Shown: positions 39,553 through 54,036, counted from the first letter of the stretch. The stretch: DNA of 54,489 nucleotides from an uncultured Clostridia bacterium (GCA_947626735.1 CANQTK010000006.1:1-54489), one strand, 5' to 3'. The notes: generated by a model from the sequence alone, not told the origin. Numbers and translations: made by a program.

Positions 39553-42500
39553 ATGTATAAGAAGGTTGAATTAAAAGAAAATGGATTTGTTGGAATGGAG
39601 AAAGAGGTAAGCGATTTTTGGAAGGAGAAGGATATTGTTCATAAGAATTTTGATATCAATAAAGGAAAACGCTATTTTACCTTCTATGATGGACCTCCAA
39701 CAGCGAATGGAAAGCCACATGTTGGTCATATTTTAACAAGGGTTATGAAAGATATTATTCCAAGATATAAAGTAATGCAAGGATATGATGTTCTTCGTAT
39801 TGCTGGTTGGGATACCCATGGTCTTCCAGTGGAATTAGAGGTAGAGAAGAAGCTTGGCATTTCTGGAAAACAACAAATTGAAGATTACGGTGTTGAAGAA
39901 TTTATTAAACAATGTAAAGATAGCGTATTTACCTATGTTTCTATGTGGGAAAAAATGACGGACCAAATTGGTTACTGGGTTGATATGGAAAAGCCATATG
40001 TTACGTATCATGATGATTATATTGAATCGGAATGGTGGGCTTTAAAACAAATGTGGGATAAAGGCTTGCTATACCAAGGTCACAAGGTTATGCCATATTG
40101 CCCTCGTTGTGGAACAGCTCTATCTTCTCATGAAGTAGCACAAGGCTACAAAGATGTTCAAGATTTAACTTGTACTTGTAAATTTAAAGTAGTAGGGGAA
40201 GACAACACATATTTCTTAGCATGGACAACAACTCCATGGACACTTCCTTCTAACTTAGCACTTTGCGTTAATAAAGCCTACACGTATGCTTACGTAAAAG
40301 TAGAAAAGCCAATTATTGATGGTAAAATGCAAGAAGAAGGGCCAGAAGAAATTTACATTTTAGCCAAAGACTTAATTGATAGTGTACTAAAAGAGATTCC
40401 TTATGAAATTGTAAAAGAAGTAAAAGGTAGCGAGCTTCTTGGTATGAAATACGAGCAACTAATGCCATTTGCCAAAGTAGAAGGAAAAGCATTTGTTGTC
40501 ATTCATGGGGACTATGTTACTTTAACCGATGGTACTGGTATTGTTCACATTGCACCAGCTTATGGTGAAGACGATAGTTTTGTATCAAAACAAAATGATA
40601 TTGCTTTTGTTAATTTAGTAGATAAAGAAGGAAAATTCGTTCCTGAGGTAGAACCATGGGCAGGAAGATTTGTAAAAGAATGTGACAAAGATGTGTGCAT
40701 TTGGCTTGCTCACCAAAATAAATTATTTAGCTCTGCAAGACATACGCACAGTTATCCACATTGTTGGAGATGCGATACACCACTTCTATATTATCCAAAA
40801 GAAAGTTGGTTTGTGAAAATGACAGCCGTTCGTGATAAATTACTTGAAAATAACAACAAAATCAACTGGATGCCAGATACAATTCGTACCGGTCGTTTTG
40901 GTAAATTCCTAGAGAATGTTATAGATTGGGGTATTTCAAGAGACCGTTATTGGGGAACACCACTTCCAATTTGGAGATGTGAATGTGGTCACATGGAATG
41001 TATTGGTTCTAGAAAAGAATTAGAAGAAAAAGGCATCCATGTACCAGAAAATGTAGAACTTCATAAACCATACTTAGACCCAATTCATTTAAAATGTCCT
41101 GAGTGTGGAAAAGAAATGGTAAGAGAAAAAGAAGTCATTGACTGTTGGTTTGACTCCGGTTCTATGCCATTTGCCCAATTACACTATCCATTTGAAAATC
41201 AAGAATTGTTTAAGAAAAACTTTCCAGCACAATTCATTTCAGAAGCAGTTGACCAAACCAGAGGATGGTTCTATACTTTACTTGCTATTTCCACTTGTAT
41301 TTTTGATACTAACCCATTTGAAAATTGTATTGTATTAGGACATGTTTTAGATAGCAAAGGCTTAAAAATGTCAAAACATTTAGGCAATGTGGTTGACCCA
41401 TTTGATGTACTAAATTCAGTAGGCGCCGATGCGACAAGATGGCATTTCTACACAGCTTCTGCACCATGGCTTCCAACAAGATTCTCTACCAAAGACGTAG
41501 AAGAAACGCAAAGAAAATTCTTATCTACTTTATGGAATGTGTATTCCTTCTACGTACTATATGCAGAAATTGATCAGTTTAATCCATTACAATATCAAGA
41601 CTTTAAGTCTAGCAACATTATGGACAAATGGATTATTTCAAAATTAAATACTTTAGTAAAAGAAGTGGAAGAAAAATTAGATAACTACGATATTACAAGT
41701 GCAGCCTTTGCCATTGAAGACTTTACAGACGAACTTTCTAATTGGTATGTAAGAAGAAACAGAGAAAGATTCTGGCAAGATACTTTAAATGATGATAAAA
41801 TTGGCGCTTATGTTACACTATATACCGTATTATCTACTTTAGTAAAAGTAGCAGCACCATTTGTACCATTTATGACAGAAGAAATTTATCAAAATATTGT
41901 GGTAACTGTTGATAAAGATGCACCAGAAAGTGTTCATTTATGTAGTTGGCCAACGGTAAAAGAAGAAGTCATTGATAGAAAACTAGAAGAAGAAATGGAT
42001 CTTGCTTATACTATCGTCAAATTGGGTAGAAGTGCAAGAAATGCAGCAAATATCAAGAACAGACAGCCATTATCGGAAATGTTAATTTCTGTTTCTAGCC
42101 TTCCAGAATATTATGGCGACATTGTAAAAGACGAATTAAATATTAAGAAAGTAAAACTTGGCGCTCAAATGTCAGAATACGTGAACTTTGAAATTAAGCC
42201 TAATTTACCAGTACTAGGAAGAACATATGGAAAATTAATTCCACAAATTAAAGCAGAAATTGCAAAAAGAAACCAAATGGAATTAGCTTTAAAAATCCAA
42301 AAAGGAGATGTAGAGCAAATAGCCATCGGAGAGGAAACGATTGAATTAAATAATGAAAATCTATTGATTACAATGCAAGGAAAAGAAGGTTTTGCCTTTA
42401 GTGGAGAAGGAGAAATTGGTGTTGTATTAAATACTACGATTACCGAGGAACTAAAAGAAGAAGGTTATATTCGAGAAATTTTATCTAAGGTGCAAAATAT

Positions 42501-42711
42501 GAGAAAAGATAGTGGATTTGAAGTGTTAGATAGAATTAACCTTTATGTAGCAGGAAATGAAATGCTAGAAGAAGTAATCAAAAAATTTGCAGAACAAATT
42601 CAAAAAGATACGTTAGCAAATCACATTTTCTACAATGAAACAAGACCAAACTATACAGAAACTTCTATCAATGGAGAAAAATTACAATTGGAGGTAGAAG
42701 TCGTAAAATAG
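39553..42711 (+). CDS. ileS: Isoleucyl-tRNA synthetase, type 2 (IleRS2)
   Basis: [29 protein letters not shown] and KMSKH motifs; 1052 aa with the long C-terminal extension typical of type 2. Confidence 0.96.
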   Translation: MYKKVELKENGFVGMEKEVSDFWKEKDIVHKNFDINKGKRYFTFYDGPPTANGKPHVGHILTRVMKDIIPRYKVMQGYDVLRIAGWDTHGLPVELEVEKKLGISGKQQIEDYGVEEFIKQCKDSVFTYVSMWEKMTDQIGYWVDMEKPYVTYHDDYIESEWWALKQMWDKGLLYQGHKVMPYCPRCGTALSSHEVAQGYKDVQDLTCTCKFKVVGEDNTYFLAWTTTPWTLPSNLALCVNKAYTYAYVKVEKPIIDGKMQEEGPEEIYILAKDLIDSVLKEIPYEIVKEVKGSELLGMKYEQLMPFAKVEGKAFVVIHGDYVTLTDGTGIVHIAPAYGEDDSFVSKQNDIAFVNLVDKEGKFVPEVEPWAGRFVKECDKDVCIWLAHQNKLFSSARHTHSYPHCWRCDTPLLYYPKESWFVKMTAVRDKLLENNNKINWMPDTIRTGRFGKFLENVIDWGISRDRYWGTPLPIWRCECGHMECIGSRKELEEKGIHVPENVELHKPYLDPIHLKCPECGKEMVREKEVIDCWFDSGSMPFAQLHYPFENQELFKKNFPAQFISEAVDQTRGWFYTLLAISTCIFDTNPFENCIVLGHVLDSKGLKMSKHLGNVVDPFDVLNSVGADATRWHFYTASAPWLPTRFSTKDVEETQRKFLSTLWNVYSFYVLYAEIDQFNPLQYQDFKSSNIMDKWIISKLNTLVKEVEEKLDNYDITSAAFAIEDFTDELSNWYVRRNRERFWQDTLNDDKIGAYVTLYTVLSTLVKVAAPFVPFMTEEIYQNIVVTVDKDAPESVHLCSWPTVKEEVIDRKLEEEMDLAYTIVKLGRSARNAANIKNRQPLSEMLISVSSLPEYYGDIVKDELNIKKVKLGAQMSEYVNFEIKPNLPVLGRTYGKLIPQIKAEIAKRNQMELALKIQKGDVEQIAIGEETIELNNENLLITMQGKEGFAFSGEGEIGVVLNTTITEELKEEGYIREILSKVQNMRKDSGFEVLDRINLYVAGNEMLEEVIKKFAEQIQKDTLANHIFYNETRPNYTETSINGEKLQLEVEVVK

Positions 42712-42717
42712 AACAAG

Positions 42718-42764
42718 AGGGACGCCCCTTTTCGTTCCAAAATGGAACGCTAGGGACACCCCTT
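42718..42764. repeat. GGGAC REP-like repeat, copy 3 (inner palindrome inverted)
   Basis: AGGGACGCCCCTTTT-CGTTCCAAAATGGAACG-CTAGGGACACCCCTT. Confidence 0.8.
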
Positions 42765-42818
42765 GTTTTTTATTTCTATATCGTGATATAATAAAAAAGA
42801 ATAAATAGGAGGCAAAAG

Positions 42819-44191
42819 ATGAAAGAAAAAACGAGTAAAATAAAAAATATTATATCACTTATCTTTATCATAGGATTACTAATTTTTGCTTTTGAATTTT
42901 ATCAAAAACATAATTTTAATAATTTTACCAAAGCCGAATATACATTAGGTGCTTCAAAATTTGAGCGTGATTCTCAAGTAAAATGTACAAAGGCAAATAG
43001 TTACAAAATAGAAAATAAAGACTATAATGATGCTATGTTTTATGAAACGATACAAGTAACACCAAATACGCCTTATAAAGTAACATGTAAAATAAAAACA
43101 GAAAATGTTAAATCCAAAGGAGAAAATACAGATAGTGGGGCACATATTAGTATTGCCGATAGTGTAGAAAAATCCGATAATGTAATAGGAACAACAGATT
43201 GGACAAATGTTACATTTTACTTTAATTCAAAAGATAGAACCGAAGTAAACGTAGGTTTTCGTTTAGGAGGTTACGAAGATATTTGTGTTCGGAACAGCAT
43301 GGTTTTCCGATTTTAAAATCGAATCTGGTGTTGCAAACACCAGCAATACTTGGAATTTTTTATGCGTGTTATTTAATAATTTAGATGTTAATATTGAAAA
43401 AAATGGAACAAAACAAAATATAAAATTGAAATTAACACAAATCGACCGTGAGGATATGAATGCTTGTATGAGACGTTTTCAAAATTCTATGCAAGAAATG
43501 AGTGGAGGAAAAATAAAAATACAATATGATATGGTACAAACGAGTGCACCAATTACAAGTATGTCTTATGATGAAGAAAATGGCTATTATGTATCTGGAT
43601 ATGATGTAAAAGATGTCATTGACCCTTATCTAGCACAAGGAAAATATGACCATATCTTTATTGCTTTTCGAACAGGAGACATGAATCAACAAGGTGCAAT
43701 ACCGGTTAATGATTGGATAGGACTTGGTTATATGGAGTATCGAGGAATTGGTTTTTCGAATATTAGGCTTCCAGACGATGACCATAATTATATTTACAAA
43801 TATGATACCAGAATCAATACTTTTCCAGAAGAAGTAATGGTGCATGAATTCTTACATACCTTAGAAAGAAATGCAGAAGACTATCATATGGAAAGACCAT
43901 CATTACATGATAATGAAAAGTATGGCTATCATAGCCAAAAATTAATTGGTTTGAAAACGTGGTATCAAGATTATATGAATCAAAATATACAAACTGCAAA
44001 TCGGAAAAATAGGACTTCCTGTAGAAATCTATACAAAAAAACCAGCAAAATCAACAGATTTTGATTATTCTCATACATTAGACTATATGCAAGAACCACA
44101 AAATATTTTAGAAGAATTAAGTAACATTACTCATAGAGTTATTAATTTATTTTCTAATATCCAACAAATACAAATAAAAGATACACAATGA
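42819..44191 (+). CDS. Membrane-anchored CBM4/9-like plus HExxH zinc-metallopeptidase-like protein, with two +1 frame breaks (CGG 43290 and CGG 44002)
   Basis: Skipping C43290 gives C-V-G-TAWFSDF. Skipping C44002 opens 62 more codons to TGA 44189-44191, next to the queA RBS. VHEFLHTLE motif; 456 aa in total. Confidence 0.75.
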
Positions 44192-44212
44192 AAGGAGAAA
44201 AAGCGAGACCAT

Positions 44213-46393
<2,181 letters not shown>

Positions 46394-46419
46394 AAACAAA
46401 AGAAAATAGGAGGAAGTTT

Positions 46420-47874
46420 ATGGAGATTATTGGCACAAATCAACAAGAAAAAGATAGAAAAACAAAGAAAATTATGTTGTGGATTAGCATTGCTATTATC
46501 ATGCTTTTTGTTATCAGCATTATTTTATTTATTACCATTTATTATTTACAAGACCAATTATTCAAATTTAAAGTAGATGGTCAAAAAGCAACGATGACAA
46601 GTAATGATTTATTTGTTTATGAACAAGATAAAGTATATGTATCGCTGAAAGACATTGCTACTCTCATTGGTTATAGTTATTATAATGGAGGGTATAAACA
46701 ATATTCAGAAGATGCTTCACAATGTTATTTGGAAAGTGAAAATGAAATTTGTACGTTTGAGCAGGGATCTAACACCATTTATAAGACACCATCAAATCAA
46801 ATCGATTATGAATATTTTACCATAGAAGAACCAGTAAAAAGAATAAATAATAAGCTATATATTACAGCAGAGGGACTTTCTTTAGCTTGTAATTTAAAAT
46901 TTTATTACGAAAAAGAAGAAAATGCGATTACCATTTATACCCTTCCTTATTATGCTAATTATTATACACAAGCATATACAACCTCTGCGGTGTCAAATAA
47001 TTTTAAAAATCAAAAAGCATTATTATACGATTTAATGGTAGTACAAAACTTAGAAAATACAACGAATAATTCAAATAACAAAAATATTCGTTATGGTATT
47101 GCCACATTAGAGGGACAAGAAATTGTAGGAACCAAATATACAGACATAGAATTTATTGAAAGCACACAAGAATTTATCGTTAAAACAGAAGAAAATAAAG
47201 TAGGAATTATTACAGCAGATGGCGAAACAAAAGTAAGACCACAATATGATAGTTTAAAACAAATAGACAAAGACTTAAATCTATATTTAGCAACTAGCAA
47301 TAATAAGCAAGGAGTTATCGAAAAGAACGGAAAAATTCTTATTTATTTAGAATATGATCAAATTGGTATTGATACTACACAATTCCAAAATAACAATATT
47401 AAAAATTCTTATCTTTTATACAATAATGCAATTCCTGTTAAACAAAATGGAAAATGGGGTATGTACGATAAAAGAGGAAATTTAATTTTACCAATTGAAT
47501 ACGATGGAATTGGATGTATTGCTAACGATAAAAATTTAAATAATATTTTAGTAATTCCAGAAGCAAAGGTCATTGTTGTTTCTAAAATAAGAGAAGATGA
47601 AAATAAAAGAAAAATAACCGAATATGGATTGGTTAATTTCTTAGGAAAGCCAATCATTCAGGTTTGTTTAGAAACAGTATATTCCGTAGTAAATAATGGT
47701 AGAGAAGAATATACCATGATTTTCCAAGGAACTTCTTATGATGTAATTGATTATTTAAATCAATATGGAAAATTGGAACAATTAAATAATGAAACAAACA
47801 CAAAAGTAAATGAGACGGTAGAAGTAAATGAAACAGTAGAAGCCAATGAAATGGTGCTAAATGAAATACAATAG
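46420..47874 (+). CDS. Membrane-anchored WG-repeat-containing protein
   Basis: N-terminal TM helix; repeated K.G.I...G..I....YD units (for example QNGKWGMYDKRG). Confidence 0.7.
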   Translation: MEIIGTNQQEKDRKTKKIMLWISIAIIMLFVISIILFITIYYLQDQLFKFKVDGQKATMTSNDLFVYEQDKVYVSLKDIATLIGYSYYNGGYKQYSEDASQCYLESENEICTFEQGSNTIYKTPSNQIDYEYFTIEEPVKRINNKLYITAEGLSLACNLKFYYEKEENAITIYTLPYYANYYTQAYTTSAVSNNFKNQKALLYDLMVVQNLENTTNNSNNKNIRYGIATLEGQEIVGTKYTDIEFIESTQEFIVKTEENKVGIITADGETKVRPQYDSLKQIDKDLNLYLATSNNKQGVIEKNGKILIYLEYDQIGIDTTQFQNNNIKNSYLLYNNAIPVKQNGKWGMYDKRGNLILPIEYDGIGCIANDKNLNNILVIPEAKVIVVSKIREDENKRKITEYGLVNFLGKPIIQVCLETVYSVVNNGREEYTMIFQGTSYDVIDYLNQYGKLEQLNNETNTKVNETVEVNETVEANEMVLNEIQ

Positions 47875-47889
47875 ACATAGGAGGATATT

Positions 47890-49116
47890 ATGACATTAGT
47901 AGAAGAATTAAAATGGAGAGGACTAATCAAAGACATTTCATCTCCAGAACTAGAAGAAAAATTGAATAAGGGAGGCTTAACGTTCTATATTGGAACAGAC
48001 CCAACAGCAGATAGCTTGCATGTAGGACATTTATCTAGCTTTTTAATTTCCAAAAGACTAAAAGAAGCAGGACACCATCCTATTCTATTAGTAGGTGGAG
48101 GAACTGGTATGATAGGGGATCCAAGACCTACTACAGAAAGAGCAATGATTGCTAAAGAAGAAGTAGCTAAAAACTTTGAAGGGTTAAAAAAACAAGTAGA
48201 AAAAATCTTTGGTTTTGAAGTAGTGAATAATAATGACTGGTACAAAGATATTAATGTTATTGATTTTTTAAGAGACTATGGAAAATATTTTAATATTAAT
48301 TATATGCTAGATAAAGATATTATTCGAAGAAGATTAGATACTGGTATTACATACACCGAATTTTCTTATATGATTTTACAAGCATTAGATTTCAAATACT
48401 TACATGAACATAAAGGAGTCGATTTACAATGTGCAGGTTCTGACCAATGGGGCAACATTACAGCAGGAATTGACCTAATTCGAAAATCAACAGGGGATGA
48501 AGTATATGGCTTTACGATGCCACTTGTTACCGATTCCCAAGGTAAGAAATTTGGAAAAAGCGAAGGAAACGCTTTATGGCTAGATAAAGAAAAAACATCA
48601 AGTTACCAATTATATCAATTCTTTGTTAATGTAGAAGACTCTATGGTAATTGATTATTTAAAAATATATACTTTCTTATCAAAAGAAGAAATCGAAAAAT
48701 TAGAACAAAGCAACAAAGAACATCCAGAATTAAGAGAGGCACATAAAGCATTAGCAAGAGAAATTATTACCTTCTTACATGGAAAAGAAGAGTATGAAAA
48801 AGCAGTAAGTTTAGCAGAGCATTTATTTAATAATAAATTCAAAGATTTATCTAAAAAAGATATTGAAGATTTATTTAAAGGGGAAAAAATTACAGAAGTA
48901 GAAGCGGGTCAAAATATTGCTGACATCGTAGTAGCTTTAGGGGCAGCTTCTAGTAAAAGAGAAGCAAGAGAATTTATTCAAAATGGTGCTATTTCAGTAA
49001 ATGGGGATAAAATAACGGATACCAATAGTGTAATAGACGATAGTATGTTTATTGAAAATACATATATTGTTCTAAAAAGAGGAAAGAAAAACAACTATAT
49101 TGGAAAGAAAAAATAA
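47890..49116 (+). CDS. tyrS: Tyrosyl-tRNA synthetase
   Basis: DPTADSLHVGH, GSDQWGNI and KFGKS motifs; C-terminal S4 domain. Confidence 0.97.
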   Translation: MTLVEELKWRGLIKDISSPELEEKLNKGGLTFYIGTDPTADSLHVGHLSSFLISKRLKEAGHHPILLVGGGTGMIGDPRPTTERAMIAKEEVAKNFEGLKKQVEKIFGFEVVNNNDWYKDINVIDFLRDYGKYFNINYMLDKDIIRRRLDTGITYTEFSYMILQALDFKYLHEHKGVDLQCAGSDQWGNITAGIDLIRKSTGDEVYGFTMPLVTDSQGKKFGKSEGNALWLDKEKTSSYQLYQFFVNVEDSMVIDYLKIYTFLSKEEIEKLEQSNKEHPELREAHKALAREIITFLHGKEEYEKAVSLAEHLFNNKFKDLSKKDIEDLFKGEKITEVEAGQNIADIVVALGAASSKREAREFIQNGAISVNGDKITDTNSVIDDSMFIENTYIVLKRGKKNNYIGKKK

Positions 49117-49117
49117 A

Positions 49118-49158
49118 AGAAAGAAAGGGTAGAAGCAATTGCTTTTACCCTTTCTTTC
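49118..49158 (+). terminator. Intrinsic terminator after tyrS
   Basis: AGAAAGAAAGGGTAGAAGC-AATT-GCTTTTACCCTTTCTTTCT. Confidence 0.75.
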
Positions 49159-49322
49159 TAATGAAAATACTAGATAGCCATAGTTAATAGTCTTACTTAG
49201 AGATGGAAGCAAACAATAATAGGAAAAATTCTTAATAAAAAAGCAAAACTCACATAAAAGCTAGTAAAAAAATCAAAAGTGTGATATAGTTAATGGTAGC
49301 GTAAGAAAGAGAGGAAAAGCAA

Positions 49323-50024
49323 ATGGCATACATTGAATTTCAAAAGGTAAAAAAAGAATACCAAATGGGAGAAGTAACCATTAAAGCACTAGATAACACC
49401 AGTTTTGAAATAGAAAAAGGAGAATTGGTAGTTATTGTAGGACCAAGTGGTGCAGGAAAAACGACTTGTTTAAATATTTTAGGTGGAATGGATAGCGTCA
49501 CTTCTGGAAAAGTATTCGTAGACGGAAAAGAAGTAAGCAAACTAAAAAATAAAGAATTAATTAAATATAGAAGAGAAGACATTGGATTTGTCTTTCAATT
49601 TTATAACTTAGTGCAAAACTTAACAGCAATAGAAAATGTAGAACTTGCTTCACAAATCTGTAAAGATTCTTTAAACCCAGAAACGATGATGAAAAAAGTA
49701 GGACTAAAAGATAGAATGAAAAACTTTCCTTCTCAATTATCTGGAGGAGAACAACAAAGAGTAGCCATTGCAAGAGCCATTGCGAAAAATCCAAAATTAC
49801 TTTTATGTGACGAGCCAACCGGAGCGTTAGACTATAAAACAGGAAAGCAAATTTTAAAACTACTACAAGAAACATGCCGAAAAGAAAATATGACCGTCAT
49901 TATCATCACACATAATACAGCCATTGCACCAATGGCAGACAAAGTCATTCACTTTAAAAATGGAAAAGCACAAGAAATTACCATCAATGAACATCCAATT
50001 TCCATTGACGAAATAGAATGGTAA
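49323..50024 (+). CDS. ABC transporter ATP-binding protein (LolD/MacB type)
   Basis: [23 protein letters not shown] and CDEPTGALD motifs. Confidence 0.93.
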   Translation: MAYIEFQKVKKEYQMGEVTIKALDNTSFEIEKGELVVIVGPSGAGKTTCLNILGGMDSVTSGKVFVDGKEVSKLKNKELIKYRREDIGFVFQFYNLVQNLTAIENVELASQICKDSLNPETMMKKVGLKDRMKNFPSQLSGGEQQRVAIARAIAKNPKLLLCDEPTGALDYKTGKQILKLLQETCRKENMTVIIITHNTAIAPMADKVIHFKNGKAQEITINEHPISIDEIEW

Positions 50025-50036
50025 CTAGGAGTAACA

Positions 50037-53000
50037 ATGAAAAAAGCATTATTAAAAGATAGTTTAAAAGAAATTCGAAATACTTATAAGCGTTTTATTT
50101 CCATTTTACTAATGGCTTTTTTAGGCGTGGGCTTTTTTGCAGGAATTAGAGCAACTGCACCAGATATGGTAGATACTATTGACAAATATTTTGATGAGAA
50201 AAATGTATATGATATCAAACTTCTTTCTACCTTGGGGTTAACGAAAGAAGATATAACAGCCTTAAAGCAAATCGATGGAATAGAAGAAGTTTATGGCGAA
50301 TATAGTGAAGATATTTTGTTAAACTTTGAAGAGGAAGAGTTAGTAACAAAAGTGTTATCTTTAGATGAAGTAAATCAAGTTTCATTAGTAGAAGGAAGGA
50401 TGCCTCAAAATAGTAAGGAATGTTTAGTAGAAAAATCATTCTGCACACAAACCGGAAAAACGTTAGGAGATACCCTTACCATAGAAGAAACCCAAAATAG
50501 TATGATAAAGGAAAAAGAAGTGACTATTGTAGGCACAATGAATAGCCCACTATATACTTCAAGAGAAAGAGACACTTCAAAACTTGGTTCTGGTAGAGTA
50601 AGCTACAATATTTATTTACCAAAGGAAAGTTTTGATTCCGATGTTTATACAGAAATTTACCTTACTTTAGAAAAGGCAAAAGAATATCAAACAGACTCTG
50701 CAGAATATAAAGAAGTAGTAGAACAAGTAAAAGAAAAACTAGAAGGACTTAAAGAAGAACGACAAGAAGCAAGATACCAAGAAATCAAAACAGAGGCAGA
50801 AGAAGAACTAAATAAAGTAAAAACAGAACTAGAAGAAGAAAAGCAAAAGGCACAAAAAGAAATACAAGAAAAAGAAAATGAAATTACACAAGGAGAAAAA
50901 AGTTTACAAAAAGCACAAAATACATTAAATACGAATCAAAAACAAGCAAAAGAACAATTTACACTAGCACAAACGCAAATACAAGAAGCCAAAAATGAAA
51001 TACAAAGCCAAGAAAAAGACTTACCAAACCTTGAAAATAAGGCACAACAAGAAATAACCAAATTAAATCAGCAAAAACAAGAATTGCAAAGCAAGAATAC
51101 TCTTCTAAATCAAAATATAAAATCGATAGAAGCAAAATGTGAAGAAATAAAAAAAGCACTACAAAATACAACATTAACAGTAGAACAAAAAGTAGCATTA
51201 GAAACACAAAAAACACAATTAGAAGGGACGTTACTTACTTTACAACAACAAGGAAATGAAATAGTATCTGGAATAACTACCATAGAAAACGCCATTCTAA
51301 AAATACAAACAGAATTACAAACAGGAAAAGAAACTATAGAGCAAGCAAAAAAGCAAGTTCAAAGCCAAGAACAAGAATTTCAAAAAACAAAGCAAACAAC
51401 AAATAGTCAATTGCAAAAGGCACAAGAGCAAATCAATCGCTCTAAAAGCCAATTAGAAGAAGGAAAAACAGCTTTAGCAAGTGCAAAAAAAGAATATGAA
51501 GAGCAAATGGAGCAAGCAGAAAAAGAGATAAAAGAGGCAGAAGAAGAAATTCAAAAAATAGAAAAGCCAACTTGGTATATTTTAGATAGAAATGCTAACA
51601 CCGGTTATAATAGCTTTATACAAGACACGCAAAGTGTAGAAAACTTAGGAAAAGTATTTCCAATTGTGTTCTTTGTTATTGCTACGTTAATTTCTCTAAC
51701 TTCTATGACAAGAATGGTAGAAGAACAAAGAGTACAAATTGGAACGATGAAAGCATTAGGATATAACAAAGTACAAATTGCTGGAAAATATCTTCTATAT
51801 GCTAGCCTTGCTTGTATCATTGGTGGAAGTATAGGAATGCTAGTTGGTTTCATTTTACTACCAAAAATTATTTGGATGATGTATAGCATGATGTATGTTA
51901 TGCCTGACATATCAATTCATTTCAATTGGCATTATGCTATGTTAGGATTAGGACTAGCTAGTATTTGCATTATAGGAGCCACCCTATATACAGCCTTAAG
52001 TGCTCTAAATCAAACACCATCAGAGTTAATGAGACCAAAAGCACCAAAACCAGGAAAACGTGTGCTATTAGAAAAAATTCCTTTCATTTGGAAACATTTA
52101 AGTTTTACTAGAAAGGTAACCGTACGTAATATTTTTAGATATAAGAAAAGATTTTTAATGACGATTATTGGAATTGCAGGTTGTACAGCTTTAATTTTGG
52201 CAGGTTTTGGCATTAAAGATGCAATCTCGGCTATTTTGCCAAATCAATATGAAAAAGTGTATCAATACCAAATGCAAATTAGCTTAAAAAGTGATATTAC
52301 CAATACAGAATTAGAAAACTTAATCACAACTTTGCAAGAAAAACAAGGTATTAAAAAAGTAGTACAAACGCAAATGACATCAGGAACACTTATGAATCAA
52401 AATAAAGAAGAAGACGTGCAAATCATTATTCCACAAGAGGAAAACTTGCAAGAAGTAATTCATCTAGCCGATAGCAAAACAAAAGAAACAGTGAATTTGC
52501 AAGATAATAAAATCGCCATTACCGAAAAAGTAGCAGAGCTTCTTAATGTACAAAAAGGTGACACGATTATTTTAAAAGATGCAGATGAAAAACAACATGA
52601 AGTACAAATTTCAGATGTAGTAGAAAATTATATTTATCATTATGTGTATATGCCAAAAGAATTATATGAAGCGCTATATGAACCATATAGCACTAATGTA
52701 TTATTAGTAGAGCATACATTAAATAATACTCAAGCAGAAGATGCTTTTGCAAAAGAATTATTAGAAAAAGAAGAAGTAAGTGCCATTTCTTTAAATTCTA
52801 GTATTCAAAATATGATGAATGATATGATGAGTTCTTTAAATTATGTAGTCATTGTCTTAATTGTATCGGCAGGATTACTTGCTTTTGTGGTACTATATAA
52901 TTTATCTAACGTCAATATCAGTGAAAGAATAAGAGAACTTGCAACTATTAAAGTATTAGGCTTTTACGATAAAGAAGTGTATCAATATATTACAAGAGAA

Positions 53001-53237
53001 ACCGTTATTTTAACAGCTATTGGTATTGTATTAGGATTAATTGGAGGCTATTTCTTAAATTACTTTATCATGGGAACATGTGAAATTAATGTATTGCGAT
53101 TTAGTAGGCAAATTCGCCCATTAAGCTATTTATATGCTGTCATGATAACCATTATATTCACAACCATTGTTAACATTGTAACCTATTTCTCACTAAAGAA
53201 AATTGATATGATTGAAAGTTTAAAAAGCATAGAATAA
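50037..53237 (+). CDS. FtsX-like ABC permease with a long coiled-coil ectodomain
   Basis: Two FtsX-type modules (EQRVQIGTMKALGY; ERIRELATIKVLGF). Confidence 0.9.
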   Translation: MKKALLKDSLKEIRNTYKRFISILLMAFLGVGFFAGIRATAPDMVDTIDKYFDEKNVYDIKLLSTLGLTKEDITALKQIDGIEEVYGEYSEDILLNFEEEELVTKVLSLDEVNQVSLVEGRMPQNSKECLVEKSFCTQTGKTLGDTLTIEETQNSMIKEKEVTIVGTMNSPLYTSRERDTSKLGSGRVSYNIYLPKESFDSDVYTEIYLTLEKAKEYQTDSAEYKEVVEQVKEKLEGLKEERQEARYQEIKTEAEEELNKVKTELEEEKQKAQKEIQEKENEITQGEKSLQKAQNTLNTNQKQAKEQFTLAQTQIQEAKNEIQSQEKDLPNLENKAQQEITKLNQQKQELQSKNTLLNQNIKSIEAKCEEIKKALQNTTLTVEQKVALETQKTQLEGTLLTLQQQGNEIVSGITTIENAILKIQTELQTGKETIEQAKKQVQSQEQEFQKTKQTTNSQLQKAQEQINRSKSQLEEGKTALASAKKEYEEQMEQAEKEIKEAEEEIQKIEKPTWYILDRNANTGYNSFIQDTQSVENLGKVFPIVFFVIATLISLTSMTRMVEEQRVQIGTMKALGYNKVQIAGKYLLYASLACIIGGSIGMLVGFILLPKIIWMMYSMMYVMPDISIHFNWHYAMLGLGLASICIIGATLYTALSALNQTPSELMRPKAPKPGKRVLLEKIPFIWKHLSFTRKVTVRNIFRYKKRFLMTIIGIAGCTALILAGFGIKDAISAILPNQYEKVYQYQMQISLKSDITNTELENLITTLQEKQGIKKVVQTQMTSGTLMNQNKEEDVQIIIPQEENLQEVIHLADSKTKETVNLQDNKIAITEKVAELLNVQKGDTIILKDADEKQHEVQISDVVENYIYHYVYMPKELYEALYEPYSTNVLLVEHTLNNTQAEDAFAKELLEKEEVSAISLNSSIQNMMNDMMSSLNYVVIVLIVSAGLLAFVVLYNLSNVNISERIRELATIKVLGFYDKEVYQYITRETVILTAIGIVLGLIGGYFLNYFIMGTCEINVLRFSRQIRPLSYLYAVMITIIFTTIVNIVTYFSLKKIDMIESLKSIE

Positions 53238-53325
53238 AAATGGGACAATTGGGGACAGTCCAAAATTGCAATAAATGCTATAATATAGAAAACAAAAGAA
53301 TTTTAAATAGAAAGGACATACAAGA

Positions 53326-54000
53326 ATGCAAGAATTTGATTGGAAAAATGAGGTAAATCAAAAAGAAGAAAAAAGAAAACTGGCTGAAAGAATGGCAAAA
53401 AGAGTAAGAAATGGGGAAGTAATTGGATTTGGCTCTGGTAGTACTTCTTACATGGCAGTAGAAGAAATTGCCAAAAGAGTAAAAAAAGAAAAACTAAGTA
53501 TTAAAGCGATTCCAACTTCAAAAATTATAGAAGATTTATGCAAAGAACTAGGAATTGAAACTACCACGCTAGATAAAGAAAAGCCAGATTGGTGTTTTGA
53601 TGGAGCCGATGAAGTAGACAAGCATAATTGGCTAATTAAAGGAATGGGAGCCGCCTTATACAAAGAAAAATTAAACATGAAGCAAAGCAGAGAAAATTAT
53701 ATTTTAGTAGACCATACCAAATTTGTAGAAAAATTAGGAGAAAAACATCCTGTACCAATCGAAGTAGAAAAAGAAAAAGTAGAACAAGTAAAAGAAGAAG
53801 TAAAAAAATTAGGAGCAACCAAGGTAGAATTAAAACAATCCAATGTAGAAACAAAGCCACTTGTTACAGATAATGATAATTACCTTTTATATGCATGGTT
53901 TGATAGCATAGAGTCAAACTTAGAGGAAAGCCTTAATCAAATAGAAGGTGTTATTGAAAATGGACTTTTTATTGGATATGACATTATTTTAATAAAATAA
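53326..54000 (+). CDS. rpiA: Ribose-5-phosphate isomerase A
   Basis: GFGSGST, DGADEVD, IKGMGAAL.KEK, TDN.N and GVIENGLF motifs. Confidence 0.92.
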   Translation: MQEFDWKNEVNQKEEKRKLAERMAKRVRNGEVIGFGSGSTSYMAVEEIAKRVKKEKLSIKAIPTSKIIEDLCKELGIETTTLDKEKPDWCFDGADEVDKHNWLIKGMGAALYKEKLNMKQSRENYILVDHTKFVEKLGEKHPVPIEVEKEKVEQVKEEVKKLGATKVELKQSNVETKPLVTDNDNYLLYAWFDSIESNLEESLNQIEGVIENGLFIGYDIILIK

Positions 54001-54002
54001 AG

Positions 54003-54036
54003 AAAAAGCAACTTCAAGTTATGAAGTTGCTTTTTT
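54003..54036. terminator. Bidirectional terminator
   Basis: AAAAAGCAACTTCA...TGAAGTTGCTTTTT between convergent genes. Confidence 0.7.

Noticed and set aside
50740-51560. Repetitive Gln/Glu/Lys-rich stretch in the FtsX-like permease
   Set aside because: A coiled-coil ectodomain that is normal for this permease family, not a DNA repeat element.
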